Shown here: piece after piece, positions 1 through 11,123 of the stretch
Numbering within the stretch: position 1 is the first letter of the stretch
How the letters are laid out: every line of letters begins with the position of its first letter
Notes under the pieces: generated by a model
Seen by the model: the letters and a program-made list of their open reading frames with translations, nothing else
What the model was told of the DNA's origin: nothing
The model's database searches: none
NCBI GenBank assembly: GCA_963845755.1
Contig: CAWJTV010000005.1
Location: 384,001-448,000 of the forward strand
Length of the DNA: 64,000 nt
From: an uncultured Planctomycetota bacterium
Lineage (GTDB): Bacteria; Planctomycetota; Planctomycetia; Isosphaerales; Isosphaeraceae
Direction: 5' to 3'
Made by a program: the position numbers and the translations under genes

Positions 1-401
1 CGGTCAGTGGCCCCGTCCTCCTGATCCCTCTCGGCGGAATCGATGTCCGCCTCACGCACGATTGACCCGGCTTCGTCATCGCGATCGTCGAGGGTGAAGT
101 GACCGCCGGCGTGCCGTTGACGTAAGAAGTCGACGACCCGCGATTCGCACATTCGCCTGAGCCAGCCGCGGAACGTGCGGCGCGGGTCGTATTCGAATGT
201 CCTCATCCGGTCCGCCAGCTCGATCCAGACGCGCTGGCAGACCTCGTCGATGGAATTCTCGTCCAGGCCATAGCCGCGGCACCAGGTCCGCAGGTAGGGA
301 TCGTAACGGTCCCGGAACTTGATCCAGGCCGGATGATCTCGCCAGTCCGAGACCTCGCGAAGCAGCATCGGGCTTGTGGAGGCGTCTGCGACCAGACTCA
401 T
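1..401 (-). CDS. ECF-type RNA polymerase sigma-70 factor (partial, runs off window start)
   Basis: Own translation from ATG at 401: MSLVADASTSPMLLREVSDWRDHPAWIKFRDRYDPYLRTWCRGYGLDENSIDEVCQRVWIELADRMRTFEYDPRRTFRGWLRR. This is a sigma region 2 pattern with the TSxxLL/AWxxF/FRGWL motifs of planctomycete ECFs. Confidence 0.85.
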   Translation of the reverse strand, partial: MSLVADASTSPMLLREVSDWRDHPAWIKFRDRYDPYLRTWCRGYGLDENSIDEVCQRVWIELADRMRTFEYDPRRTFRGWLRRMCESRVVDFLRQRHAGGHFTLDDRDDEAGSIVREADIDSAERDQEDGATD

Positions 402-729
402 CGCTGTGTGCTCCCTGCACGGAAAGAGCCACGATTAAACGAGTTGGGGACGCTGAGGTCGTTCTTTTCGAGATCCGTGTCGAAACGATTCGTAAACCAG
501 ATAGAGGAAGATCCTTCGAGCGCAGTCTCCCTGAATTGCATTCATGTGAAATCCTAATGCCTGGCCGGGAGCAACGCAACGGGAAGGACTTCGATTCCGC
601 GCTGTCCGACGATCGACCAGACCAAGAGTTGCCGCCTGTTGGCGTCTGGAAGCGAGTAGAACTTTCGTTCGATTGTGGTTTGTGCGTTCTGGAGCAGAGT
701 CGCTAATCCTTCCATGGGCGAGGTACGCC

Positions 730-3700
730 GTGAGTCGCAACACAGTGGGTTTCCGGTGGCGGAGCCGTTCCGGCGCGGGCTGGATCGTGGGATGGCGATC
801 CCGGCGGGGGGATCGGCACCGGCTCCGGCCGGGATTGCTGGAGCTGGAGGAGCGCCGGCTGCTCGCGACGTTCCCCGTCACCAGCACGGCCGACGACAAC
901 AGCCCCGGCACCTTGCGGTATGAGATCAACGAAGCCAACGCGGCCACGGGTCCCACCACGATTGAATTCAGTGCCACGGTCTTCAGCACGCTGAAGACGA
1001 TCGCGCTGATCGGGAGCCAGCTCGAACTGAGCAACACCGATGGGCTGATCACGATTACTGGCCCGGCGGCGGGCGTGAACATCAGCGCCGGCGGCCTCAG
1101 CCGCGTCTTCCAGGTCAACAAGGGGGTGACGGCGTCGATCTCGGGCCTGACCATGACCGGGGGCAAGGTGAGTGGTAACGGAGGAGCCCTGGACAACCTC
1201 GGCACGGTCACCCTGACCAAATGCACGATCAGCGGCAGCACCGCCACGAGCAGCAGCGGCGGCGGCCTGTTCAGTACGGGAACCGCCTACCTGATCAACT
1301 GCACCGTGAGCGGCAACTCCGCCACATATGGCGGCGGCCTGTTCAATGACAAAGGCACGATGACCCTGACCGATGATTGCACGGTCAGCGTGAACAAGGC
1401 CGGGTACGATGGCGGCGGCCTGGGCAATTCCGGCACAGTCAACCTGACCAACTGCAACCTCAGCAGCAACAAGGTCTACCCTGGCGGTGGCGGCGGCCTG
1501 GACAATCAGGGCACGGCCTACTTGACCGACTGCACCCTCGAGTCCAACTCTGGCAAGGGTTACGGCGGCCTGTACAATTCCGGCACAGCCAAACTGACAG
1601 ACTGCACGGTCAGCAGCAACTTGGCCAATTTCGGCGGCGGCGTGGGGAATTTCGGCACAGCCAACCTGACCAACTGCATCCTCAGCGAAAACATGGCGGG
1701 CATCGCCGGCGGCGGCCTGGACGAGGGGAAGGGCCAGGCCACCCTGACCGACTGCACCATCAGCGGTAACGTGGCTCAACTCGGAGGAGGGGTGAGGATT
1801 GGCGGTGCGGGTAAGGCAACCCTGACCGACTGCACCCTTAGCGGCAACTCGGCGACGGCAGGCAGCGGTGGCGGCCTGCGCAGTAGTAGCTATGAAGCGA
1901 ACGCAGCAATCCTGACCGACTGCACCATCAGCGGCAACTCCGCGTCAAATCAGGGCGGCGGCCTGTATAAGGAGAGTAATGGCACGATGGATCTGACCGC
2001 ATGCACGGTCAGCGGCAACTCGGCCAGTAACGGCGGCGGGCTGTATAACACCAGCTACTTCAGCTCCAACTCCCAGGCGACGCTCACCGACACGATCGTC
2101 GCCGGCAATACTCTTCCGAACGGATCTACTCCCAACGACATCCAGGGTCCGGTCAGTGTCTCTGGCAGCGATAACTTGATCGGCCCCGGTGGTGCGGGTG
2201 GGCTTCAGAATGGGAGCGCCGGCAACATCGTGTTGGGCGACCTGAGCACCCTGGGCCTGGCCCCACTAGGATTCTACGGCGGCCCGACCCAGACCATGGC
2301 GCTCCTCCCCGGCAGCGCGGCCATCCACAACGGCACGATGGTCAGCGGCGTAACAACCGACCAGCGTGGCGAGTCGCTCGACTCACCCCCCGACATCGGG
2401 GCCTTCCAGGTTCAGACCGGGCTGGTCGTCAACACCATCAGCGACGGCTCGGTCTCGGTCTCCGGCGACCTGAACCTGCGCCAGGCCGTCAACCTGGCCA
2501 GTGCGCTCGACGCCTCCGAGACGATCACCTTCGACGCATCGGTCTTCGCTACTGCACAAACAATCACGTTGATGCAGGGACCGCTCGCGCTGAGCGACAC
2601 CGGTGGGACGGAGACGATCACAGGCACTTCAGCGGGGTTGACCATCAGCGGCGGGGGCGACAGCCGCGTGTTCGACGTCGCCGCCGGCGTGACCGCCGTC
2701 ATCTCGGAACTCACCATCACCGGCGGCTCGGCCAGTACTAACGGCGGCGGCCTGTATAACCAGGGCACGACGACGATCGCCGACTGCACCATCACCGGAA
2801 ACTTGGCGAAAGACAACGGTGGCGGGCTGGCAAGTGTTGGCACACTGGTCGTCACCAACTGCACGATCCGCGGCAACTCGGCCAGCGGCGGCGGCGGCCT
2901 AGCGATCAGCGGCACGGCGAGCCTGACCGACTGTACGATCAGCGGCAACTCCGCCGGCGGAACCGGCGGCGGCCTGTATAACCAGGGTGCGGCGACGTTG
3001 GAGGACACAATCGTCGCCGGGAATACCGGGAGCGGCGGCACCGCGAGCGACATCCACGGCAGCGTCGCGGGCTCCAGCTCGTTTAACCTGGTTGGCACCG
3101 GGGGCTCGGGTGGACTGAGCGTTTCCGACCACAACCTGCTCAACGTCGCCGATCCCGATCTGGCTCCACTCGGCGAGTACGGTGGACCGACGGAAACCCT
3201 GGCACTCTTGCCCGGGAGCGCGGCTATCGGCGCGGGCACGGCCGTGAGTGGTATCACCACCGACCAGCGAGGAGCATCCCGACCGAGTTCCGGCGGTGTC
3301 AACATCGGGGCCTTCCAGGATCAGGGTTACACCCTGGCCGTCTCCTCGGGAAGCTCTCAGAGCACGTTCGTCAGCCAGGCCTTCGCGTCTCCGCTGGTGG
3401 CCGAGTTGACCGAGAACGATACAAGCGCACCGCTCCCGGGCGTGACGATCGGCTTCAGTGCGCCGTCATCGGGGGCCAGCGCCACACTCGGTGCCAGCTC
3501 GGCGGTCACCGACTCGAGCGGGCGCGCGAGCATCACGGCCACGGCCAATGCGACCGCCGGCACCTACGTCGTGACAGCCTCCGTATCCGAGCTGACTTCC
3601 TCAGCTTCATTCACCCTGACCAACCAGGTTCAGCCGACCTTTTCGGGGCTGAGCAGCCAGACGATCAGTTATGGCAGTACGGTGACGTTCTCGGGCACGC

Positions 3701-6597
3701 TCGCAGCCGGTTCGCAGGTCCCGGTTGGCGAGGACGTTGCCGTCACGGTCGATAGCGTCACGCAAGACGCCACGATCGCCTCCGACGGTTCGTTCTCGAT
3801 CCAATTCACTCGTTCGAACGTGGTGCTGAACGCGAGCTTGACGGCCTACAGCGTCACCTACGTCTACGCCGGCGATCGTGTTTTCCTCGCGGTCGACGGA
3901 TCGAGCCAACTGACGGTCAACCCGGCGGCGCTGACGATCGCCGCCAAGAATGCCGGCAAGACCTACGGCCAGACGTTGACCTTCGCCGGGACCGAGTTCA
4001 CCACCTCCGGACTCGTCAACGGCGACACGGTCACCTCCGTCACACTGAGTAGCCCCGGCACGGCGGCGACGGCCACAGTCGCCGCCTCCCCCTACGCGAT
4101 CACCGCCACCGCGGCCGTCGGCACGGGCCTGGGCAACTACACCATCACCTACGCCCCGGGTCAGCTCACCGTCAACCCGTCGGCGCTGACGATCACCGCC
4201 AAGAATGCCGGCAAGACCTACGGCCAGACGTTGACCTTCGCCGGGACCGAGTTCACCACCTCCGGTCTCGTCAACGGCGACGGGGTCGGCAGCGTGACGC
4301 TGAACAGTCCGGGGGCGGCGGCGACGGCCACGGTCGCCGGCTCGCCTTATGCCATCAAAGCCTCCAACGCCGTCGGCACCGGCCTGGGCAACTACACGAT
4401 CACCTATGTCAATGGCCAGCTCACGGTGAACCCGGCGCCGCTGACAATCGCGGCGAAGGACCTCAGCAAGACCTATGGGCAGACGTTGACTCTCGCCGGG
4501 ACTGAGTTCACCGCCTCCGGCCTCGTCAACGGCGACGCGGTCAGCTCCGTCACGTTGTCAAGCCCCGGCGCGGCGGCGACGGCCACAGTCGCCGGCTCTC
4601 CCTACGCGATCACCGCCTCCGCGGCCATCGGCACCGGCCTGGGCAATTACACCATTAGCTATGTCCCGGGTCAGCTCACCGTCAACCCGGCGGCGCTCAC
4701 GATCGCGGCGGTGGCCGACACCAAGACATACGACGGCACGACGAACGCGACGGTGGTCCCGAAGATCACCTCGGGAAGTTTGGCCAATGGTGACATGCCC
4801 GAGTTCACCGAGACCTACAGCGCCCGGAATGTCGGCACGGGGCTGACGCTGACGCCGAGCGGGACGGTCAACGACGGCAACGGCGGCCACAACTACACAT
4901 ACACATTCGTGGCGGTGTCGACGGGCACGATCACTCCGGCCCTGCTGACCGTCACCGCCAAGAATGACGGCAAGGCCTACGGCCAGACGTTGACCTTCGC
5001 CGGGACCGAGTTCACCACCTCCGGACTCGTCAACGGCGACACGGTCAGCAGCGTGACGCTGAACAGCCCGGGAGCGGCGGCGACTGTCACGGTCGCCGGC
5101 TCGCCCTATTCCATCACCGTCTCCTCCGCCGCCGGCACGGGCCTGGGCAATTACACCATCACCTATATCAATGGTCAGCTCACGGTGAACCCGGCGGCGC
5201 TGACGATCACCGCCAAGAATGCCGGCAAGACCTACGGCCAGACGTTGACCCTCGCCGGGACCGAGTTCACCACCTCCGGACTCGTCAACGGCGACACGGT
5301 CAGCACCGTCACGCTGACTAGCCCCGGCGCCGCCGCGACCGCCGGCGCCGCCGGCTCGCCTTACGCGATCGCGGTCTCCAACGCTGGCGGCACGGGCCTG
5401 GGCAATTACACCATCACCTACGCGCCGGGAACGTTGACGGTTACCCCGGCCACGCTGACCATCACGGCGGGCGACGCGACGAAGGTCTACGGTGCGGCGC
5501 TGCCGGCCTTAACGGCGAGCTACAGCGGCTTCGTCAACGGCGACACGGCGGCCAGCCTTGCCACCCCGCCGTCGCTGTCAACGACCGCGACCGCGACGAG
5601 CCCGGTCGTGTCCGGCGGTTATCCGATCACGGCCTCAGGTGCCGTGGATCCCAACTATGCGATCACCTACGTGGCCGGGACGCTCACGGTCACCCTGGCA
5701 CCAGCGGCGATCTCGGTTTCCGCGCCCGGCGGCACGTTCAATGCCAGCCCCTTCTCGGCGTCCGTCACACTGAGCGGGACGGGCAACCCGCCCGCCGCCA
5801 CCCTGGAAAACGTCAGTCCCCGATTGACCTACTACGCCGGGTCGGGGACCTCGGGCACCAAACTCGGGTCGACGCCGCCGGCCCCCACGGGGACCTACAC
5901 CGTCGTTGCCGCGTTCCCCGGCAGCACCGACTTCGCCGCGACCCAGTCCTCGCCGATCTCCTTCACGATCGCCCAGGCTCCCTCGACGGTCGTGCTCACA
6001 TCCTCCGGCAACTTGGCCGTTTTCGGCCAACCGATCATTCTCATGGCGACCGTCACGGGCCCCGGGACCCCGGCCGGGTCCGTCCTGTTCACCGACGGCG
6101 GCACGACGCTTGCCACCGTTCCTCTTGACGCCTCGGGTCGAGCTTCGATCACCACCTCGGCCCTCGGCATGGGCTCGAACCCCATCGTCGCCACCTACAG
6201 CGGCAATAACAACCTTCTCGCCGCGACGTCCAGCTCTACCTTGGTATCAGTTACTAAGGCCGATACCCGGGTGATCCTGGTGCCGCGGGCCGTCAACAAG
6301 AGGAAGAAAGTCGCGTCACTGAGCCTCGATGCGGAGGTCCAGCCTTTACCGCCCGGGGCTGGTGTGCCCTCCGGCACCGTCACCTTCGAGGTCAGGCAGA
6401 AGAAGAAACTCAAGGTCATCAGCATCGTCCCGCTCAACAGCGGGTCGGCGACCGTGTCCGTCAAGCCCAGCACGGTGCGGAAGAAGTCGGTCACGATCGT
6501 GTACGGGGGCGACAGCGCATTCCAGTCGAGCAGTTCGTCCGCCACAGTGTCGGTCAGGCCGGCGACGGCCCTCGCGCGAGTCACGATCCGATCGTGA
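730..6597 (+). CDS. Large secreted surface protein/adhesin: planctomycete LExRxLL motif, beta-helix (GGGLxN) repeats, choice-of-anchor-Q-like segments, MBG/YDG repeats, Ig-like domains
   Basis: N-terminal RLRPGLLELEERRLLA; many TDCTISGNSAxxGGGLYN repeats; two GGPTxTxALLPGSAAI...TDQRG...IGAF motifs; MBG-like repeats; C-terminal Big-like domains. Start GTG 730 is my choice (ORF track 673). Confidence 0.85.
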   Translation: MSRNTVGFRWRSRSGAGWIVGWRSRRGDRHRLRPGLLELEERRLLATFPVTSTADDNSPGTLRYEINEANAATGPTTIEFSATVFSTLKTIALIGSQLELSNTDGLITITGPAAGVNISAGGLSRVFQVNKGVTASISGLTMTGGKVSGNGGALDNLGTVTLTKCTISGSTATSSSGGGLFSTGTAYLINCTVSGNSATYGGGLFNDKGTMTLTDDCTVSVNKAGYDGGGLGNSGTVNLTNCNLSSNKVYPGGGGGLDNQGTAYLTDCTLESNSGKGYGGLYNSGTAKLTDCTVSSNLANFGGGVGNFGTANLTNCILSENMAGIAGGGLDEGKGQATLTDCTISGNVAQLGGGVRIGGAGKATLTDCTLSGNSATAGSGGGLRSSSYEANAAILTDCTISGNSASNQGGGLYKESNGTMDLTACTVSGNSASNGGGLYNTSYFSSNSQATLTDTIVAGNTLPNGSTPNDIQGPVSVSGSDNLIGPGGAGGLQNGSAGNIVLGDLSTLGLAPLGFYGGPTQTMALLPGSAAIHNGTMVSGVTTDQRGESLDSPPDIGAFQVQTGLVVNTISDGSVSVSGDLNLRQAVNLASALDASETITFDASVFATAQTITLMQGPLALSDTGGTETITGTSAGLTISGGGDSRVFDVAAGVTAVISELTITGGSASTNGGGLYNQGTTTIADCTITGNLAKDNGGGLASVGTLVVTNCTIRGNSASGGGGLAISGTASLTDCTISGNSAGGTGGGLYNQGAATLEDTIVAGNTGSGGTASDIHGSVAGSSSFNLVGTGGSGGLSVSDHNLLNVADPDLAPLGEYGGPTETLALLPGSAAIGAGTAVSGITTDQRGASRPSSGGVNIGAFQDQGYTLAVSSGSSQSTFVSQAFASPLVAELTENDTSAPLPGVTIGFSAPSSGASATLGASSAVTDSSGRASITATANATAGTYVVTASVSELTSSASFTLTNQVQPTFSGLSSQTISYGSTVTFSGTLAAGSQVPVGEDVAVTVDSVTQDATIASDGSFSIQFTRSNVVLNASLTAYSVTYVYAGDRVFLAVDGSSQLTVNPAALTIAAKNAGKTYGQTLTFAGTEFTTSGLVNGDTVTSVTLSSPGTAATATVAASPYAITATAAVGTGLGNYTITYAPGQLTVNPSALTITAKNAGKTYGQTLTFAGTEFTTSGLVNGDGVGSVTLNSPGAAATATVAGSPYAIKASNAVGTGLGNYTITYVNGQLTVNPAPLTIAAKDLSKTYGQTLTLAGTEFTASGLVNGDAVSSVTLSSPGAAATATVAGSPYAITASAAIGTGLGNYTISYVPGQLTVNPAALTIAAVADTKTYDGTTNATVVPKITSGSLANGDMPEFTETYSARNVGTGLTLTPSGTVNDGNGGHNYTYTFVAVSTGTITPALLTVTAKNDGKAYGQTLTFAGTEFTTSGLVNGDTVSSVTLNSPGAAATVTVAGSPYSITVSSAAGTGLGNYTITYINGQLTVNPAALTITAKNAGKTYGQTLTLAGTEFTTSGLVNGDTVSTVTLTSPGAAATAGAAGSPYAIAVSNAGGTGLGNYTITYAPGTLTVTPATLTITAGDATKVYGAALPALTASYSGFVNGDTAASLATPPSLSTTATATSPVVSGGYPITASGAVDPNYAITYVAGTLTVTLAPAAISVSAPGGTFNASPFSASVTLSGTGNPPAATLENVSPRLTYYAGSGTSGTKLGSTPPAPTGTYTVVAAFPGSTDFAATQSSPISFTIAQAPSTVVLTSSGNLAVFGQPIILMATVTGPGTPAGSVLFTDGGTTLATVPLDASGRASITTSALGMGSNPIVATYSGNNNLLAATSSSTLVSVTKADTRVILVPRAVNKRKKVASLSLDAEVQPLPPGAGVPSGTVTFEVRQKKKLKVISIVPLNSGSATVSVKPSTVRKKSVTIVYGGDSAFQSSSSSATVSVRPATALARVTIRS
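3910..5690 (+). repeat. Intragenic tandem MBG-domain repeats, 255-bp (85-aa) period
   Basis: Related GC(C/G)AAG...AAG(A/G)CCTA(C/T)GG(C/G)CAGACGTTGAC blocks start at 3943, 4198, 4453, 4957 and 5212. A YDG-like unit lies at about 4700-4940 and a divergent unit at about 5460. Confidence 0.9.
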
Positions 6598-6649
6598 AGC
6601 GATCTCGCGTAGACGTGTCGCTCGGTCGTGCCGGTGCGGCGAACGAGGC

Positions 6650-7906
6650 TCAGGCGACGACCTCGGCCTTGGTCAGGGCGGAGTGCGGGACCCGAGCGCC
6701 TTCCACAGCCCGTCCGCCCTCTCCCAAGAAGAGACCCTGCCAGCCCCGGCTCACGGAAGCCAGTGTCAACGCCCCGCCGAGCCCGCCGGCCAGCGCGAAC
6801 GCGAGAAAGCCCCCGCCGAAGCTGCCCAACGTCTGTTTCAATACGCCCAGGACGATCGGCAGCACGAAGCCGCCGAGCCCGCCGGCCGCCCCGACGATCC
6901 CGGTCACCACGCCGATCTCCCTGGGAAACCGCTGCGAGACGATCTGGAACACGCACCCGTTGCCCATACCCAGCGCCGTCATGACCGCGAACAACAGGAC
7001 CGTCCCGGCGAACAGCGACGGCAGGGCCGACATGCCCAGCATCGTGGCGCCGACGACCAGATAAAGTGCAGTCAGCACCCGGACGCCCCCGAACCGATCG
7101 GCGAGATAACCACCCAGGGGCCGCAGCAGAGAGCCGGCGATCACGCAGAGCGTGGCGAAGCCGCCCGCCTCGACCTTCGAGAGTCCGTACTGGCTGAGGA
7201 AGAAGACGTTCAGGAAACTCGCCAGCCCGACGAACCCACCGAAAGTGATCGCGTAAAAGAAGCAAAACCACCAGGTGTCGGCGAGCTTGAGCACGGCGGC
7301 ATAGTCGGTAAAGGGCCGAGGCGGCGGCTGATCGGGACTGTCCTTGGCGATGATCAGGAGCACAGTGAGCGTCGCCAGGAGTGGGATCAGCGCCAGGCCG
7401 AACACGGCGTGCCAGCCCCAGGTCGCGGCGAGCCGCGGACCGAAGAACGTGGCCAGGGCTGTACCGCAGTTGCCGGCGCCGGCGATCCCCATCACCAGCC
7501 CCTGAAAACGCGGCGGATACCAGCGGCCTGCCAGCGGCAACGCCGCGGCGAAGCTCGCCCCCGCCACGCCCAGCAGCAGGCCGACCAGCAGCAGCGTGGC
7601 GAAGCTGTCCGCCCAGAGCCAGCCGAGCAGCAAGGGCAGCGTCGACAGCGACATCCCCAGAATGGTCGTCCGCCGTGCGCCGATCCGGTCGGTCAAGAGT
7701 CCCATCACCAGTCGCAGCACGGCCCCGCCGAGAAGCGGCACCGCCACCATCAAGCCCTTCTGCATGTCCGATAGGCCATACTCCGACGCGATCGAGTTCG
7801 CCAGCGCCGCGGGGATAAGCCAAACCATGCAGCTCACACCGAAATACAGGAAGGCACTCAGCAAGGTTGGCACATGGCCGGCACGGCGGAATTCGCTCAA
7901 GTTCAT
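6650..7906 (-). CDS. narK: MFS nitrate/nitrite transporter (NarK/NasA family)
   Basis: GHVPTLLSAFLYF, GASFAAALPLAGRWYPP..QGLVMGIAGAGN, FGGFVG and GMGNGCVFQIV motifs; about 12 hydrophobic segments; lies in the nitrate cluster. Confidence 0.9.
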   Translation of the reverse strand: MNLSEFRRAGHVPTLLSAFLYFGVSCMVWLIPAALANSIASEYGLSDMQKGLMVAVPLLGGAVLRLVMGLLTDRIGARRTTILGMSLSTLPLLLGWLWADSFATLLLVGLLLGVAGASFAAALPLAGRWYPPRFQGLVMGIAGAGNCGTALATFFGPRLAATWGWHAVFGLALIPLLATLTVLLIIAKDSPDQPPPRPFTDYAAVLKLADTWWFCFFYAITFGGFVGLASFLNVFFLSQYGLSKVEAGGFATLCVIAGSLLRPLGGYLADRFGGVRVLTALYLVVGATMLGMSALPSLFAGTVLLFAVMTALGMGNGCVFQIVSQRFPREIGVVTGIVGAAGGLGGFVLPIVLGVLKQTLGSFGGGFLAFALAGGLGGALTLASVSRGWQGLFLGEGGRAVEGARVPHSALTKAEVVA

Positions 7907-8159
7907 TGCTTCGAGGCTCCGGGTTTCGGGATATCGGAGTCGGATCGTTGCGAGCAGCTCGCGATGAGGTTGCATAAATTAAATCTATATATATAAATAT
8001 TAAAATAATTTATTTATTTTATTGACGCCGATGAATATAGTGTACGGGTGCTTCACCTGTTATTCCACCTGTTCTCAGGTAGACAGCTTTCAGGCGGTTG
8101 ACGCTCGGATCATGCGCGCGACACGCGCCGTGGGGTGCGCCACTCATTCGTACGGCGGC

Positions 8160-11123
8160 CTAGACGCAGGCCACCGCGCATGGCTTGGAGGCTCGGGCAC
8201 GGCGTTGCATCTCCTTCACGGGCGGCAGCTCGACGTACACGTCTTCCCCTTCGATCCGCATTGGGAAGACTTCAACCCGGTACGACTCGCCGGTCAGGCA
8301 CTCCCCCGTCTCGAGCGAGAACGTCTTCTTGTGCATCGGGCAGGCGACTTTGGGAACGCCTTGATGATCACCGAGGATGCCGCGAGAGAGGACGGCTTCG
8401 AGCTTGTGAGGGCAGGTATTCTGGCTGGCGTACCACTCGCCCCGGGAATCGAATCGGTAGACGGCGATCTCGGCATCGCCGTGCTTGATCGCGCGGCCGC
8501 CGTCGCGGGGGAAGTCGCTGACCGACCCGACGCGGACCCAGCGGGGAGTGTGCCCGAACTCGTGCGATCCGTCCTTCCGTTCGAGCGGCTGCCGGATCCC
8601 GAGCTGCTCGATGGGGACGAAGTCGCTAGGCCAATCGGCGGGGTGCTTCTGGCCTCGCTCCGACACGAACTCCACGCCCGAGGTCGCCTCGTCGGTGTTG
8701 GCGAACTGCTTGAAGAACCGCCGCTTTTCCGGGTCGTTGACAACGGCCTTCCATTCGCACTGGTAAGAATCCACGAGCCCTTGCATCTGCTCTTCGAGCT
8801 CATCCGCGATGCCGAGACGATCGTTGACGATCACGTCGCGGAGGTACTCGATCCCGCCCTCCAGGTTCTCGAGCCAGACCGACGTCCGGGTCAGCCGGTC
8901 CGCGGTCCGGATGTAGTACATCAGGAACCGGTCGAGATACTGAAGCGCCGTCTCTTCGTCGAGGTCGGCAGCGAGTAGGTCGGCATGCCGCGGCCGCACG
9001 CCGCCGTTACCGCAGACGTAGAGGTTGTAACCCTTTTCTGTGGCGATCAGTCCGAAGTCCTTGCCCTGGGCCTCGGCGCACTCCCGGACGCAGCCTGAAA
9101 CAGCCCCCTTGAGCTTGTGCGGGGCGCGGAGCCCCCGGTAGCGCATCTCGACCCGGATGGCGAACCCGACCGAGTCCTGGACGCCGTACCGGCACCAGGT
9201 CGAGCCGACGCAGCTCTTAACAGTTCGGACCGCCTTGCCATACGCATGGCCGCTCTCGAAGCCGGCCGCGACCAGCTCGGCCCAGATCTCCGGAAGGCGG
9301 TTGACCGGCGCCCCGAAGAGGTCGATGCGCTGACCTCCCGTGATCTTGGTGTAGAGGCCGTATTTCCGCGCAACCGTGCCCAAGACGATGAGCTTCTCCG
9401 GCGTGATCTCGCCGCCGGGAACTGCGCGGGACCACCGAGTACAGACCGCCACGCTGGATGTTGGCCAGGAAGCGGTCGTTGGTGTCTTGCAGCGTCGCGT
9501 GGGCCGCGTCGAGGACGTTCTCGTTCCAGATCGTCGCCATGATTGAAGCGACTGCCGGCTTGCAGATCTCGCAGCCCTGCCCGCGGCCGTGCGACGCGAT
9601 CAGGTCGTCGAACGTCCGGATCTGCTTGATCATCGCGATCTGATAGAGTTCCTGCCGGCTGTACGCGAAGTGATCGCAGAGCCGGTTGTCGACCCGTGCG
9701 CCCGCTGCCTTAAGCTCCGCCTTGAGGAGTTCAGTAACCCGCGGCAGGCAGCCGCCGCAGCCGGTGCCGGCTTGCGTGCACTCCTTGACCTGCACGACGG
9801 TCGTGATCTTCCCGTCCCGGATCACGTCGCGGATCTGACCTTCGCTGACGTTGTTGCACGAGCAGACCTGGGCGTCGCTGTCGTTACTGCAAGCGGCGCC
9901 CTTGCCCGCGGAGAGCATGTCGCCCGGTGAGATCGGGAGCGGCTTCTCGCTCTTGAACAGGCCGAGCAACGCGCCGAAGTCCGAGGCGTCGCCAACCAGG
10001 ATGCCGCCCAGCAGACGGGTGCCCTCGCGATTGAAGACCAGCTTCTTGTAAACGCCTCCGAACGGATCGTGGTACGTCAGCGCCCGCGCCCCCTCGGTCT
10101 CGTTAAACGGGTTGCCGAAGCTGGCGACGTCTACACCCATGAGCTTCAATTTGGTTGACATATCGAATCCGGAAAAGGCCCTAGGCGCCCCCGTAAGGTT
10201 CGCCGCGGCGACTTCGGCCATCGCGTACCCGGGCGCGACCAGGCCGTAGACCATATCCCGGTGTGCGGCGACCTCGCCGATGGCGAAGATGTCGGGATCT
10301 GAGGTCCGCATATTGTCATCCACGACGACCCCGCCGCGCCGGCCAGTTGCGAGTCCGCAGTCGTGGGCCAGCTCGTCGCGGGGCCGGATGCCGGCCGAGA
10401 TGACCACCATGTTGACCTCGAGCCGCCCGCCGTCTGCAAACGCCAGACCCTCAACCTTGCCGTTGCCCAGGAACTCCTGCGTGGCCTTCCCCAGATGGAC
10501 TCGGACATTCATCCCCTCGATTTTCTCGAGCAGCGTCCGCGCGCGGCGTCGTCGACCTGGCGGGGCATCAACCGCGGGGCGAACTCGACGACGTGGGTCT
10601 CCAGCCCGAGCTCGCGGACCGCCTTCGCGGCCTCGAGTCCGAGCAGGCCGCCGCCAATCACCGCCGCGGACGCCGCCTCCCCGGCGTAGGCGAGGATTCC
10701 TTCGAGGTCTTCAATAGTTCGATAAACGAACACTCCCCTCTTATCAACACCGGGGACTTTCGGCACGAACGGCGAAGAGCCGGTCGCCAGGACGACGGTG
10801 TCGTATTTGATCTCGCGGCCCGTTGACGAGATGACGATCCGACGCTCGCGGTCGATAGCCGTGGCGCGCTCGCCGACGTGGAGTGTGATCTCCTTCTTGG
10901 CGTACCACGTCGTGCAGGCCAGCTTCAGATGCTCGGCCTCGCGCCGCTCGAAGTATTTCGACAGGTTGACGCGATCATAAGCAGGCCGAGGCTCCTCGCA
11001 GAATGTCACGATCTGGTAGTTCTGGTCGACGTCGTACTCCACCAGCCGCTCACAAAACCGGTGACCGACCATCCCATTACCGATCACCACCACGGTTTTC
11101 TGCGGGCGATTCCGGGCGATCAT
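8160..11123 (-). CDS. nirB: NAD(P)H siroheme nitrite reductase large subunit fused to C-terminal NirD Rieske domain (two apparent frameshifts, ~10540 and ~9425)
   Basis: [12 protein letters not shown] motif, [13 protein letters not shown]-like [22 protein letters not shown] and [10 protein letters not shown] siroheme ligands, then CPHK...VACPMHK Rieske domain. Three track ORFs join by single-base indels. Confidence 0.92.

Noticed and set aside
3910..5440. Regularly spaced repeats as a CRISPR array or DGR template
   Set aside because: They are in-frame 255-bp protein-domain repeats with no unique spacers, and no cas or reverse transcriptase gene is present.
6195..7823. Long alternative-frame and antisense ORFs (for example 6195..7823, 39893..41239, 42669..44084, 45361..46953, 61292..62608)
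   Set aside because: They overlap well-supported genes, have no recognisable motifs, and are expected shadows in high-GC DNA.
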